A stretch of 64,000 nucleotides of DNA from an uncultured Spirochaetota bacterium (GCA_963845535.1 CAWJSK010000021.1:86665-150664), one strand, 5' to 3'. Positions 47,570-57,887 are shown, numbered from the stretch's first letter. Numbers and translations: made by a program. Notes: generated by a model from the letters alone, not told the origin.

Positions 47570-48868
47570 TCAGAGGGCTTCGATCTCCTCCCGCGCTATC
47601 CGCACCCAGGCCGTGACGTTCTTCGGGTTGTTTCCGAGGGTATGGTTGTCCTTCATGACGAGCTCGACGCGGTTGTTCCGCGTGATCCGCAGTGTCTCCC
47701 GAAGACCCTTGCGGACGAACTCTTCATCCAGCTTCGGCACGGCAAGGTCGGACGGAGAGGGCTTCAACGAGTAGATGTAGCTGAGGCCGAGCTTTTCCGA
47801 CATGAGTGCGCGGTTGGCCCACGGGGAAACCGACACGCGGCGAAGGTTTGGCGCCGCCTTCACGATGTCGAAGCGCTCATCCATGGGTTCACAGCAGCCG
47901 TAGCAGGTCAGCCCGAAGCGTTCCATGAGAACGCGCTGGTAGGGAAAGATGAGCTCCTTGAACATGTCAGGGGAAAGGCCAACGGTCACCTGGCTTTCCG
48001 CCAGGCCCCACATGTCGCGCGTGCGCACTTTTCCATTGAAACCTTTCCCGGGAAGCCCAGCGGTGAATCCGATGCCGCCTGAGCCTACGAACGCTCCGTC
48101 GTTGTTCAGGCACAGGAGGCCGCTCTCCTCCAGGAAATCCAGCCGTTCCAGCGTTCCATCAAGGATGATCTTCATGACTTCGTGAATCCTCTCCGGGGCA
48201 TCGTAGCAGTCATACATCAACTTTTCCATCCCGCGGAGGAAAACCAGGTCATCCGTGAGCCCGACGGACCAGAACCACACCGTGTTCCGCCGCGCGTCCA
48301 AGACGCCGGCAAATACCTCCCGTGCAATGTCCAGCACCGCATTGGATGAGGACTTGTCTATCTTCAGCTCCGGCTTCGTGATGTCCTTGATCTGGTTGAA
48401 ATCCTCGAGCACCGTCTCGATGTGGTACGCCCTGCCCTGCTCCGCGGTTTTCTTCTCCGTGGCGGTCCGTGACGACCCCGCCACTCCCCACTGCGTGTCC
48501 TTGAACACGTACGGCACATTGAAGACTGGCTCTACCACAAAATCATCATCCATCTCGTTTCCCCAGAAAACGAGCTTTCTCAGATAGTCCTCCCAGCAGC
48601 GGGCCACGCTGTTTATGCACTGGATGGCGGATTCCGGGATGATCTCGTTCCAACCGTTTTCCGGGTCACAGAGGATGACGGGCCGCGTGGCCTCGAGGGC
48701 GTTGTGGCGCTTCCACAAGTCAACGCGCTCCTTCATGACCGGACGCGCCGCGATTTCAGCCACTGTCTCACCGAGCTTCCGCAGAACGGCTTTATCATCC
48801 TTCGGGAAAACGAGGGTTGAGTAATCGGCGTCGTTATAGTTGACCCGGAAGTTCAACTGTTCGAACAT
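47570..48868 (-). CDS. Uncharacterised UroD-like (beta/alpha)8 barrel protein with a YGCCE motif
   Basis: AAGGAG RBS; LRGMEKLMYDCYDAPE, ESQ...LSP.MF.E.IFPYQ, CYGCCEP, RRVSVSPW, KPSP, MKDNHT. Confidence 0.7.
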   Translation of the reverse strand: MFEQLNFRVNYNDADYSTLVFPKDDKAVLRKLGETVAEIAARPVMKERVDLWKRHNALEATRPVILCDPENGWNEIIPESAIQCINSVARCWEDYLRKLVFWGNEMDDDFVVEPVFNVPYVFKDTQWGVAGSSRTATEKKTAEQGRAYHIETVLEDFNQIKDITKPELKIDKSSSNAVLDIAREVFAGVLDARRNTVWFWSVGLTDDLVFLRGMEKLMYDCYDAPERIHEVMKIILDGTLERLDFLEESGLLCLNNDGAFVGSGGIGFTAGLPGKGFNGKVRTRDMWGLAESQVTVGLSPDMFKELIFPYQRVLMERFGLTCYGCCEPMDERFDIVKAAPNLRRVSVSPWANRALMSEKLGLSYIYSLKPSPSDLAVPKLDEEFVRKGLRETLRITRNNRVELVMKDNHTLGNNPKNVTAWVRIAREEIEAL

Positions 48869-48944
48869 GGAATCTCCTTGCCAGGCGCGCAGACCTGCGG
48901 AGGTCCCCGAGCCGCCCGGGGGCGTCACGCGGCCGGGCTCCCTG

Positions 48945-49974
48945 CTACTTGTCGCCCTTGTTTTTTTGCTGGTCCAGGATGACGGCTCCGACGATAATGG
49001 CGCCCTTGACGATCTGCTGCCAGTACGCAGACACGTTCGTGAGGTCAAGGATGTTGTTCAGGACGCCAATGATGAGGGCCCCGATGACCGTCCCGGGGAT
49101 CGAGCCTATCCCGCCGGCTGACAGGGAGGCGCCGCCAATAACGGCCGCGGTTATTGCGTCAAACTCATATCCTACGCCGAGCCCCGGCTGTCCGGATCCG
49201 ATCCGTGACGACACGACAATCCCCGCCACCCCGGAAAGGAAGCCGGCATACACGTAGATCAGCATCTTGTAGTTGGTGACGTTGATACCCGACACGTGCG
49301 CTGCCTGCTCGTTGCCGCCAATGGCGTATATGTATTTCCCGAACTTCGTTCGGGAATATAACACGTGCGTCACGAGCGCCATGACAATCAGGATCCAGAT
49401 GGGGAGCGGAATACCGAAGATGTCGCCCTGGCCAATGAAATTGTATGTGTCCGTGAGGTTCGAAATAGGTCGGCCCTCGGTGAAGAGCATGGCTGCGCCG
49501 CGTGCAGCAGAAAACATCCCCAAGGTCGCAATGAACGGCGGGATCCTCGTCTTTGCAATGAGAAAGCCGTTGATGAGGCCCGTGAGAGCCCCGACAAAAC
49601 ACCCCGCAAGAAGCGAGACGTACAGCGGGTTGCCGGCAAACGCGGGGTGTATGACCCGTTCGCTGCCCGGGATCTGGGCGAAGCATGCCGCCACGACAGC
49701 CACAACGCCGACCACTGACCCCGAGGAAAGGTCGATCCCAGCCGCGACGATGACGCCGGTAACCCCCAAGGCAATGAGGCCTATGATGGAAATTTCGGCG
49801 CACAATGTTGATCAGGTTTATCTTTGTAAGGAAAGCCGGCGAGAGGATGGACGCTATGATGATCATTCCCAGGAAGATGAAAAATATGCCGTACTTGCGC
49901 AGGAGATTAGAAATGAACGCGCGGGCTGAAACCCGGCCCGCCCCGCCTTTTGCATCAACCATGAGCTCGTTCAC
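48945..49974 (-). CDS. Monosaccharide/inositol ABC permease; frameshift near 49797
   Basis: N-terminus in ORF 49165..50019 ([11 protein letters not shown]), remainder in 48945..49805 ([16 protein letters not shown]); one-base removal gives NIVRQISIIG. Confidence 0.85.
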
Positions 49975-50005
49975 ATGATTCCCCTTTTGCCTTCGATGTG
50001 TCGGT

Positions 50006-51529
50006 TCATGCCGGAGCAAGGCTCAAACCGGTCGCCATATGAAGGATCTTTTCCTGGGTCGCTTCAGACCTCGAAAGCTCGCCGATCTTGTCCCCTTCAT
50101 GCATGACCATGATCCTGTCGCTCATTCCGAGGATCTCGGGAAGCTCGGAAGAGATCATGATGATCGTCTTGCCTTCCCTCGTGAGCTCCGTCATGAGCTT
50201 GTAGATTTCCGCCTTGGCGCCCACGTCAATTCCGCGCGTGGGCTCGTCCAGGATGAGGATCCTGGGGCCGGTCAGAAGCCAGCGAGAGATGAGGACCTTC
50301 TGCTGGTTGCCTCCCGAGAGGTACTTCACGATCTGTCTGAGGCTCGGCGTTCGTATCCGAAGCTGGTCGCGCATCTTCTCGCAATCCGCTTCGATCTTTC
50401 TAAAATTGACGAAGAGACCCCGGATGTACCTTTTCATGTTCGCAATGGAGATATTGTCCCTGACCGTCGCGTTGATATACAGCCCGGTCAGCTTCCTGTC
50501 CTCTGTCAGAAGGGCCAGCCCCAGCCGGATGGCATCAGCCGGCTTCTTGATGTCGGCCTTCTTCCCGTTCACGAAGACCTCTCCGGAATGGGCTCTCTTC
50601 ACTCCAAATACCCCTTCCAGCAGCTCGGTTCGGCCCGCTCCGATGAGCCCGGCCACACCAAGGATTTCCCCCTGCCGGGCCTTGAAACTGACATTCCTGA
50701 ACTTGTGGCCGCTGAAGTTCTTCACCTCCAACACGGTCTCCCCAATGCCAGCCGGCTCCTTATGGAACATGTCCGTCAGCTCGCGCCCGACCATTCTTTG
50801 AATGAGGGTGTTCCTCGTCATGGCGGAAGTCGGGTCAGTGCTGATGTATTTACCGTCACGAAAAACCGTGACCTCATCTGTTATCCCGAATACCTCGTCT
50901 ATCCTGTGCGTGATGTAGATGATGGATCTGCCCTGGCTTTTCAGGGACCTGATGATCTCGAACAGGACCTTGACCTCTGATTCGGTGATGGCGGAGGTCG
51001 GTTCATCCATGATGATCAGGTCAGAGTCGTATGAGACGGCCTTCGCAATCTCCACGAGCTGGGTGTTGGCGATGCTGAGCTCCACCATCTTCTTTGTAGG
51101 ATCAAGCCGGATGTCCAGGCGGGTGAGCAACTCCTCCGTCCTGCTGTTCATCTTCCTCATGTCCACCAGGCCGTACCACGTCCTGGTCTCCCGCCCCAGA
51201 AAGATGTTCTCAGCTATGGTCATGTGAGGAATGGGGTTCAATTCCTGGTGGATCATGGAGATGCCCTTGGAAAGGGCGTAGTGGGTGTTGACGATAGTAA
51301 GCTTTTCACCTTTGAGACGGATGTCGCCCGAGTCCGGGGCGTAGATGCCGATCAGGCATTTCATAAGCGTGGACTTCCCTGCGCCGTTCTCCCCAATGAG
51401 AGCATGGACGGTTCCCTTGGCGACGTTCAGCTGGACCTTGTCCAGCGCCAGGACGCCAGGGAAGCTCTTCGTGATGTTGCTCATGCTGAGCAGGTATTCA
51501 TTCCCCATTCTTGCATTTGCTCCTGCCAT
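50006..51529 (-). CDS. Monosaccharide/inositol ABC ATP-binding protein
   Basis: [35 protein letters not shown]. Confidence 0.92.
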   Translation of the reverse strand: MAGANARMGNEYLLSMSNITKSFPGVLALDKVQLNVAKGTVHALIGENGAGKSTLMKCLIGIYAPDSGDIRLKGEKLTIVNTHYALSKGISMIHQELNPIPHMTIAENIFLGRETRTWYGLVDMRKMNSRTEELLTRLDIRLDPTKKMVELSIANTQLVEIAKAVSYDSDLIIMDEPTSAITESEVKVLFEIIRSLKSQGRSIIYITHRIDEVFGITDEVTVFRDGKYISTDPTSAMTRNTLIQRMVGRELTDMFHKEPAGIGETVLEVKNFSGHKFRNVSFKARQGEILGVAGLIGAGRTELLEGVFGVKRAHSGEVFVNGKKADIKKPADAIRLGLALLTEDRKLTGLYINATVRDNISIANMKRYIRGLFVNFRKIEADCEKMRDQLRIRTPSLRQIVKYLSGGNQQKVLISRWLLTGPRILILDEPTRGIDVGAKAEIYKLMTELTREGKTIIMISSELPEILGMSDRIMVMHEGDKIGELSRSEATQEKILHMATGLSLAPA

Positions 51530-51586
51530 AGAGGACCGTCGGTCTCGCGGGGGGCCGACGGATACAAGCGATCCTACTCGAGCCGT

Positions 51587-52528
51587 CTACTTGTTCATGA
51601 AGCTCTTGTAGTTCGCCTTGGTGATGGACTGGTAGGGAACCCAGAGGATGTCGTCTTTCACCTTCGGCGTGGGCTTGCCTGTGGCCATGAGATACGCGGT
51701 CTCGACTGCGCCTACGCCCTGTCCCACGGGGTCCTGGTAAACGGTGCAGTTCAGCTCACCCTTGTCCATGGAGGCAAGCGCGTCCGGGCTGCCGTCCACT
51801 CCGCCGACGAGGATCTTTCCGTATTTCCCCGCGGCTTTGATTGCAAGGAGGGCGCCGAGGGCCATCTCGTCATTGTTCGAGGCAACGCCGTCAATGGGGA
51901 GGCCGGCCGCAAGCCAGTTCTCCATGAGGGTCCGTCCCTCCTCGCGCTTCCAGTTGCCGGTCTGCTGGGCAAGGATCTTTATTGCAGGATACTTCTCCTT
52001 GATGACCTGCTTGATCCCCTCGGTCCGTCCGATGGCCGCTTCATTCTGAAGCTCACCCATCATGACGACGATGTTGCCTTTGCCGCCCATCAGCCTGCCG
52101 AGCTCGGTCATCATGAAAATGCCCGAGTCGATTGACCGTGACCCGACATACACCACCCCCTTGGGGAGATTGTCCGGCTTGCGGTTGATGTACACGAGGG
52201 GCTTCTTGGAGTCGGTGACGTCCTTGGTGATAGGTCCGGTGGCTGCCGTATCGACAGGAAGCACGATGATGGCATCCATGTTCTGGGCAAGGAAGTTCTC
52301 CACCTGCCCGACCTGTTTCGCCGTGTCGCCCTTCGCATCCACAAGAGTCAGATCAATGTCGGAGTGCTGACCGGCCCACTTGATGGCGGCTTCACGAACA
52401 TAGGTGAGCCACACGTCGTCAAAAAGGGCAATGGTCATTCCGATCTTGACCTTCTTTGCCTGCGCGCCGAGTGTGACCGTGGAGAACGCGATCAGTACCA
52501 CGAGCGCGATCAGAAGCAGCTTCTTCAT
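51587..52528 (-). CDS. Inositol-type ABC substrate-binding protein
   Basis: AAGGAGG RBS; FDDVWLT, DAKGDTAKQVGQVENF, INRKP, SNNDEMALGA, VYQD. Confidence 0.88.
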   Translation of the reverse strand: MKKLLLIALVVLIAFSTVTLGAQAKKVKIGMTIALFDDVWLTYVREAAIKWAGQHSDIDLTLVDAKGDTAKQVGQVENFLAQNMDAIIVLPVDTAATGPITKDVTDSKKPLVYINRKPDNLPKGVVYVGSRSIDSGIFMMTELGRLMGGKGNIVVMMGELQNEAAIGRTEGIKQVIKEKYPAIKILAQQTGNWKREEGRTLMENWLAAGLPIDGVASNNDEMALGALLAIKAAGKYGKILVGGVDGSPDALASMDKGELNCTVYQDPVGQGVGAVETAYLMATGKPTPKVKDDILWVPYQSITKANYKSFMNK

Positions 52529-52609
52529 CTTCCACCTCCTTGGAGATTCGGAAATATGCGCAACGAGCCGCAACGCGGACCGATTGACGCCCTTACAGCC
52601 CCATATTTA

Positions 52610-52694
52610 TGCAAACGCTTACAAGGCCCTTAGAATTCAAGAAAAAAGCTAAGCAATAAAAGATCTACGTAAAATATTTATGCAAACGTTTCCA
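52610..52694. promoter_or_regulatory. Pair of LacI-type operators
   Basis: TGCAAACGCTTACA (52610-52623) and TGCAAACGTTTCCA (52681-52694), both preceded by ATATTTA, in AT-rich DNA. Confidence 0.75.
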
Positions 52695-52730
52695 CGCAAA
52701 AGCCAGAATATCACCTGTTCTTCGGGTTTG

Positions 52731-53798
52731 TCAAATTCTTTTTTTGCCGGACATGATGCTGGTTTTTCGCACTATCAGGCTGGGTTCGATGATGATCCGG
52801 GTGGCTCCGCCGCGGTGGTCGCCGTCTGCAATCACTCGTGTTGAGGGTTCGTCCCCGAGGGAGTCCTGAGAAAGGTCAATCTCCTCCAGGAGTATCTTCA
52901 CCGCGGTTTTGCCGATCTCGTACTTTGGCTGAAGCACGGTGGTAAGCTGCACCTCCTGGAACGAGGCGATGGGAATGTCGTCGAAACCGATCACTGCCAC
53001 ATCCTCAGGGACGGAAAGCCCGGCGCTTCGAACCCCCTGGATTACGCCGAGAGCCAGGAGATCATTCTCCGCAAAGACGGCACGCGGAAAGTCCCCGCTA
53101 TCTATCATCTCCTTGATGACCCTGGCGCCGCTATTCTGGTCGAAATGCTCGAGCCGAATGAACCGCTCATCCACCGGCAGGCCGTAGCGCTCGAACGCCA
53201 GCTTGTACCCCTCAAGGCGTTCGTCAGTGGAACCCGCTTCTATGATCCCGCCAATGAAGCCTATTTTCCCGTATCCAGCCTCAATGAGGTGCTTCGTGGC
53301 CAGAAAACCGCCTCTTACGTTGTCGATTGCCACGTAGCTGCGGTCGGTCTTTCTGGGCACTTCGCACGCGTACACCACGCGCGTGGCGCTCGTCAAGCGT
53401 TCCTGGACGGGATCAACGACGTTCGACCCCGGGGAGATGATGAGCCCGTCCACGCGCCTTTCCATCAGGAGCCGGATGTACTGGTTCTCCCGTTCACGCT
53501 CCCAGTTCGTATTGCAGAGGAAAACGCTGTATCCGTGCTCCTTGGCCCCGTCCTCGACGCCGCGCGCCACTTCCGGATAGAACGGATTGGTGATGTCCGG
53601 AAGGATGAGCCCGATGGTATTGGTCCGCTTCGTGACAAGACCGCGCGCAATCCCGTTCGGGGTGTAGTTGAGACGCTTCGCGATCTCCAGGATCCGGGCG
53701 CGCGTCTTGGGATTCACACCCTTGTTGCTGAAGGCGCGTGACACCGTGGCATATGAAACTCTGGCCTGTCTGGCGATATCCTTGATCGTTACGCTCAT
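52731..53798 (-). CDS. LacI-family transcriptional regulator
   Basis: VTIKDIARQARVSYATVSRA, YTPNGIARGL, NDLLALG, GFDD, LTTVLQP. Confidence 0.93.
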   Translation of the reverse strand: MSVTIKDIARQARVSYATVSRAFSNKGVNPKTRARILEIAKRLNYTPNGIARGLVTKRTNTIGLILPDITNPFYPEVARGVEDGAKEHGYSVFLCNTNWERERENQYIRLLMERRVDGLIISPGSNVVDPVQERLTSATRVVYACEVPRKTDRSYVAIDNVRGGFLATKHLIEAGYGKIGFIGGIIEAGSTDERLEGYKLAFERYGLPVDERFIRLEHFDQNSGARVIKEMIDSGDFPRAVFAENDLLALGVIQGVRSAGLSVPEDVAVIGFDDIPIASFQEVQLTTVLQPKYEIGKTAVKILLEEIDLSQDSLGDEPSTRVIADGDHRGGATRIIIEPSLIVRKTSIMSGKKRI

Positions 53799-53825
53799 CA
53801 GCTGCAGCCGGATGGTCCACAGCTT

Positions 53826-53839
53826 AGCAAACGTTTACA
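53826..53839. promoter_or_regulatory. LacI-type operator within the lacI promoter spacer
   Basis: AGCAAACGTTTACA overlapping the spacer of the minus-strand TTGACA-17 nt-TAAGCT promoter. Confidence 0.7.
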
Positions 53840-53895
53840 GGGTTGTCAAAGCGCCCCTCGAGAGACGGGGGAGCAACGTGGTGATCCGGTGAGCG

Positions 53896-54756
53896 TCACC
53901 GGGCCAGTTCGCTTTTCACACGCTCGAGCATGAACCTGCTGGACTCAGCGGCGCGTTCCTCCCAGGCAAAAACGCATACTGTCGCAATCCCGTCGAAACG
54001 CAACTCAAGTAGCGTGGAGAAAAAGGCGTGCCAATCCACCTCTCCTTGGCCGATATCCAGGTGCTGATGCACGCGGGCGGGCGAGCCTGGAGGATTGACG
54101 ATATAGCGCAGCCCAGAGGACGCCCGGTGGTTGAGGGAATCTGCAATATGCACGTGAGCAAGCTTTGGCGCCGCGTAGCGGAGCATGGAAGCCACGTCCC
54201 CCGCGCCATCGCTCAGGTGGAATGTATGAGGGGCGCAATAGAGGTAGTTGACCCATGGTTTGTTGATTGCCCGTACCAGGTCAACCGCTGGGGCGTTCAG
54301 TTCGCAGAAATCATCCGGATGCGCTTCCAGGTTCAGCGCAATTCCCTCTTTTTCGAACAGGGGCAGGAGCTCTTCCATGGACCGCCAGAACATCGCCTCG
54401 CTCTGGGCTGATTTCTCGGGCCGGCCGTTGAGCTCGGAGTTCATCACGGGGCACTCGAGCTCCGCGCAGATTTCGATGGCCCGTTTCCAGTTGCGGATGG
54501 CGGCGCGACGCTCCTCCTCGTCCGGGCCGGACCACCGGTACAGCGGCAGGAGAGACGAGAGCTTCACTCCGGTCTCCCGCAAGGCCGTGCGCAATTCCGC
54601 AACCTTGTCCTTGTCCGCCCGTGGATGAAGGAAAAAAGGAAGGAAATCATCGCGCGGCGACAACTCGATGTAGGGATATCCCAGCTCGGCGACCGTTCTG
54701 ACCATTTCAGGCAGTGATTGCCTGCGGAACATGTAAGGATCAAGGGCGATTTTCAT
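53896..54756 (-). CDS. iolH: Sugar phosphate isomerase/epimerase, IolH-like
   Basis: MKIALDPYM, ELSPRDDF.PFF.HPR, EAHPDDF, YLYCAPHTF, RYIVNPPG, HQHL.IGQGEV. Confidence 0.85.
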   Translation of the reverse strand: MKIALDPYMFRRQSLPEMVRTVAELGYPYIELSPRDDFLPFFLHPRADKDKVAELRTALRETGVKLSSLLPLYRWSGPDEEERRAAIRNWKRAIEICAELECPVMNSELNGRPEKSAQSEAMFWRSMEELLPLFEKEGIALNLEAHPDDFCELNAPAVDLVRAINKPWVNYLYCAPHTFHLSDGAGDVASMLRYAAPKLAHVHIADSLNHRASSGLRYIVNPPGSPARVHQHLDIGQGEVDWHAFFSTLLELRFDGIATVCVFAWEERAAESSRFMLERVKSELAR

Positions 54757-54759
54757 GGA

Positions 54760-55779
54760 TCACTCATCTCCCTGATTGTAGAGCTCTGGCCTTTTCTCCA
54801 GGGACATCGCAACTCTGGTTCCCTTTTTCTGCGCTTCGAGGCAGGCATCGGCCGTCACTGCAGCAGCGTACCCGTCCCACGCGGAAGGCCCGGTGGGCTT
54901 GCCCGAGATGACGGAGTTGATCCACTGCTGGACTTCTGCGTCGTAGGCCAGCCGGAACCTGTGCTTCCATTCCCACACAAGAGGCGCGGAGACTCGACCT
55001 TCAGAGCGCAGGATGACTCCCGGAGGGTCCGGCAGCCGGGCTGTGCCCGTCTCCCCTACCAGCTCGCAGCGGATGTCGTACCCGTACTGGCAATTGACGA
55101 ACACCTCGATATCCACTGCTACCCCGGCCGCCGTCTCCAGGAGCAGGATCCGCGGGTCCGCGAGGTGTGATGCGGCATGGCGCGTACGCGGGGGCAGAAT
55201 GAGCTGCGCGGAAACGAAATCATCATCCAGCAGCCACCGAAGTACATCGATCTCGTGGACGGCGGTATCGACTACCGCCATGTCGCTCGTGTAGCTGTCC
55301 GGCACGGAAGGGTTGCGGTGCGCACAGTGCGCCATGAGAGGACGTCCTACGAGGCCGCCGGCAACCGCGTTACGAAGCGCAATGTAGCCGTCATCGAATC
55401 TCCGCATGAATCCCACCTGGATGAGCCGGGACCCTCTTTTCACCTCTGCCCGCACTATCCGCAGGGCTGCATCACCTGTGGTGGCAAGCGGCTTTTCGCA
55501 GAACACCGGCTTGCCCGCCCCGATCGCCGCAATCACGTATTGCTCGTGTGTTGGTCCCGTGGATGTAACCATGACCGCATCAACTGAGCTCGAAGAAATG
55601 AGGTCCTGCCCGCTTGCCTCAGCTCGGGCATCCTCGAGTTGTCCCGCAACATCTCGCGCCCGGGCGCCATCCGCGTCTGCAACGGCAACCACTTTAGCCC
55701 CTGATAGCGAAGTGGTTATCCGCCGGATATGGTCCTGGCCGATGTTCCCGGTGCCTATGACTCCCACTCGTATTTCCAT
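54760..55779 (-). CDS. iolG: Myo-inositol 2-dehydrogenase (Gfo/Idh/MocA, Bacillus IolG-like)
   Basis: GTGNIGQDH, CEKPLA, GFMRRFD, HRN, DTAVHEID, YGYDIRCE, GPSAWDGY. Confidence 0.88.
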   Translation of the reverse strand: MEIRVGVIGTGNIGQDHIRRITTSLSGAKVVAVADADGARARDVAGQLEDARAEASGQDLISSSSVDAVMVTSTGPTHEQYVIAAIGAGKPVFCEKPLATTGDAALRIVRAEVKRGSRLIQVGFMRRFDDGYIALRNAVAGGLVGRPLMAHCAHRNPSVPDSYTSDMAVVDTAVHEIDVLRWLLDDDFVSAQLILPPRTRHAASHLADPRILLLETAAGVAVDIEVFVNCQYGYDIRCELVGETGTARLPDPPGVILRSEGRVSAPLVWEWKHRFRLAYDAEVQQWINSVISGKPTGPSAWDGYAAAVTADACLEAQKKGTRVAMSLEKRPELYNQGDE

Positions 55780-55809
55780 ACGCGCCTCTCTGACAGCTTC
55801 CGTCCAGAT

Positions 55810-56880
55810 TCACTCCTGCCCATCTCCCGGGACAAGCAGCTCAATATTCTCCTGGAGCCCTATGTCGATCTTCGTCCGCACAAACGAGCTTGCAGGTTCC
55901 TTGCCGTCGATTATGTAGTCGTAGAGGATCTTTGCTGTCTGATACCCCTGCGCAAACGGGTCCTGGCCAAGGGCGGCGTGCACCAGGCCGTCCTTCAGGA
56001 GCCGGATCGTCTCGGGGAAGAAATCGAAACAAACGATGCGAACTTTTCGTTCGAGTCCCGCCTCAGCCAGAGCCCTGACCACGCCGCCCGGCCCGACGCC
56101 TGACGTGAGGTAGACGCCGTCAAGCTGCCTGGTCCGCGACAGGTGGGTCCCGATCAGCCGGCAGGCTTCCTCGTCATCGTCGTGATGTTCGTACACTGCC
56201 TCCATCACTATCTGCGGGTAACGCTCCGAGATCACGCTGGCAAACGCCTCGAAACGTTGCGCGTGTGCCAGGACATGGGGGAAGGAAATCAGGGAAACCA
56301 CTTTCCCGCTGCCCATGAGGAACTTGCCCATGAGCTCCCCGGCAATCCGCCCTGCAATGCGGTGGTCCTGACCGACAAAACACAGCCGCCTGCTTTCCGG
56401 CGCATCCGTGTTCAAGGTCACAACCGCAATACGTTTTTCGATTGCGCCGTCGATCAACTCCGTGAGCCGGTGAGGATCAGCCGGGACAAGCCCAATGCCG
56501 TCGACTCCGGCTTCGATCACGTTTCGGAGGATTTCGGTCTCCTGGCTCAAGTCGTGGACTCCTGTCTCATGCCAGGAGACATTGACGGCGTGATCCCCCA
56601 GACCTGCAAGGAATGCTCTTGCTCCGTCTTTCACGGATTTCCACAAGGGGTCTGCCGGCGTGATCATGGCGATGTTCAAAGTCCGCCCGGTGGAAAGGAA
56701 TTGGGCAGAGCGATTCGGAGTGTAGCCGAGGTGACGGGCCTTCTCGACTATCGTCTTCTTGGTAGCCGGGTTCACGCCCTTCCTGTCATGCAGCGCTCGA
56801 TCTACAGTCCCCCGCGAAATTCCAAGTGCGTCCGCAACTTCCTTCTGGGTAGGTATCCTGTGCCCGCCGTTGTTTTTCAT
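55810..56880 (-). CDS. LacI-family transcriptional regulator
   Basis: TQKEVADALGISRGTVDRAL...GYTPN; sugar-binding domain with QDPFAQGY. Confidence 0.9.
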   Translation of the reverse strand: MKNNGGHRIPTQKEVADALGISRGTVDRALHDRKGVNPATKKTIVEKARHLGYTPNRSAQFLSTGRTLNIAMITPADPLWKSVKDGARAFLAGLGDHAVNVSWHETGVHDLSQETEILRNVIEAGVDGIGLVPADPHRLTELIDGAIEKRIAVVTLNTDAPESRRLCFVGQDHRIAGRIAGELMGKFLMGSGKVVSLISFPHVLAHAQRFEAFASVISERYPQIVMEAVYEHHDDDEEACRLIGTHLSRTRQLDGVYLTSGVGPGGVVRALAEAGLERKVRIVCFDFFPETIRLLKDGLVHAALGQDPFAQGYQTAKILYDYIIDGKEPASSFVRTKIDIGLQENIELLVPGDGQE

Positions 56881-56888
56881 GCTGTTTT

Positions 56889-56924
56889 CGTGCACGTGCA
56901 CGGTCCATCTCGTGCACGTGCACG
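56889..56924. promoter_or_regulatory. Two perfect 14-bp palindromes (putative operator)
   Basis: CGTGCACGTGCACG at 56889-56902 and 56911-56924, immediately upstream of the LacI gene. Confidence 0.7.
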
Positions 56925-56993
56925 GAGAAAGATAACACAGAACCAGGGTGCACGCAAGAGTGACTCCCAGGGCGCCAGCACCCGCCTGAGCCC

Positions 56994-57887
56994 CTAAAGT
57001 CCTGCTTTCTCCCGAATGTACTTCCGTGCCTTTACAGCGTACTCGAAGGGGTTGGCGCGAGCAGGATCCTGCTCAGCCTCTACAACGTACCAGCCCTTGT
57101 AGCCTTTCTTGTCCAGAAGCTTGAACACAGGCTCGAAGTTCAGCCCACCGTCTCCGGGAACGGTGAAGACCCCTTCCTTCACCGCTTTGAGGAAGCTCAT
57201 CCGCTCTTTCTTTGCGCGCTCCAGCACGTCCAGGCGCACGTCCTTCAGGTGCACGTGGCGCACGCGTCCGACGTGGCGCTCCAGGACACCAAGGTAGTCT
57301 TCGCCGGAGAACACGAGGTGGCCCGTATCATACAGAAGGAAGAGAAGCTGCGGGTCCGTCATCTCCAGGAGCTTGTCGATTTCAGAAGCGGTCTGGACGC
57401 CGGTCCCCATGTGATGATGATACGTCAGCGTCATCCCCTTCTCTTTTGCCTTCTCTCCGAGCCTGTTGAGGCCTTCGGCAAGACGCTTCCATTCATCGTC
57501 GGTGAACTTCGGTTTGTTCTCGAACACAGGGACATCCTGCTTGCCCTGGATGGAGTGCCCCTGTTCCGCCGCGCCGATCACCCGCGCTCCCACGGCGGAG
57601 AGAAAGTCGCGGTGCTGGATGAAAGCCTTTTCCACTTCCGCGTACAGCTGTGTGGTCAGGAAGGAACTGAACCAGGCATTGCAGATTGTGAGCCCGCGCA
57701 GGTCCATGTAGCGCTTGAGGACCGCGGGGTCCTTCGGGTATTTGTTGCCCACCTCACTGCCTTCGAAGCCGGCAAGGGCCATCTCGGAGATGCACTGCTC
57801 GAACGTGTTGCCTCCGCCCAGCTCGGGCAGATCATCGTTTGTCCAGGCGATCGGAGCGATCGCCAGGCGCACCCGCTTTTCTTTCAT
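56994..57887 (-). CDS. iolE: Myo-inosose-2 dehydratase
   Basis: APIAWTNDDLPELGG, YHHHMGT, DTGH, HVHLKD, FTVPGDG, VEAEQDP. Confidence 0.95.
   Translation of the reverse strand: MKEKRVRLAIAPIAWTNDDLPELGGGNTFEQCISEMALAGFEGSEVGNKYPKDPAVLKRYMDLRGLTICNAWFSSFLTTQLYAEVEKAFIQHRDFLSAVGARVIGAAEQGHSIQGKQDVPVFENKPKFTDDEWKRLAEGLNRLGEKAKEKGMTLTYHHHMGTGVQTASEIDKLLEMTDPQLLFLLYDTGHLVFSGEDYLGVLERHVGRVRHVHLKDVRLDVLERAKKERMSFLKAVKEGVFTVPGDGGLNFEPVFKLLDKKGYKGWYVVEAEQDPARANPFEYAVKARKYIREKAGL

Noticed and set aside
4430..49800. Programmed ribosomal frameshifting or phase variation at the frameshift sites
   Set aside because: No slippery heptamers or long homopolymer tracts at the sites; the scatter across unrelated genes fits sequencing error.
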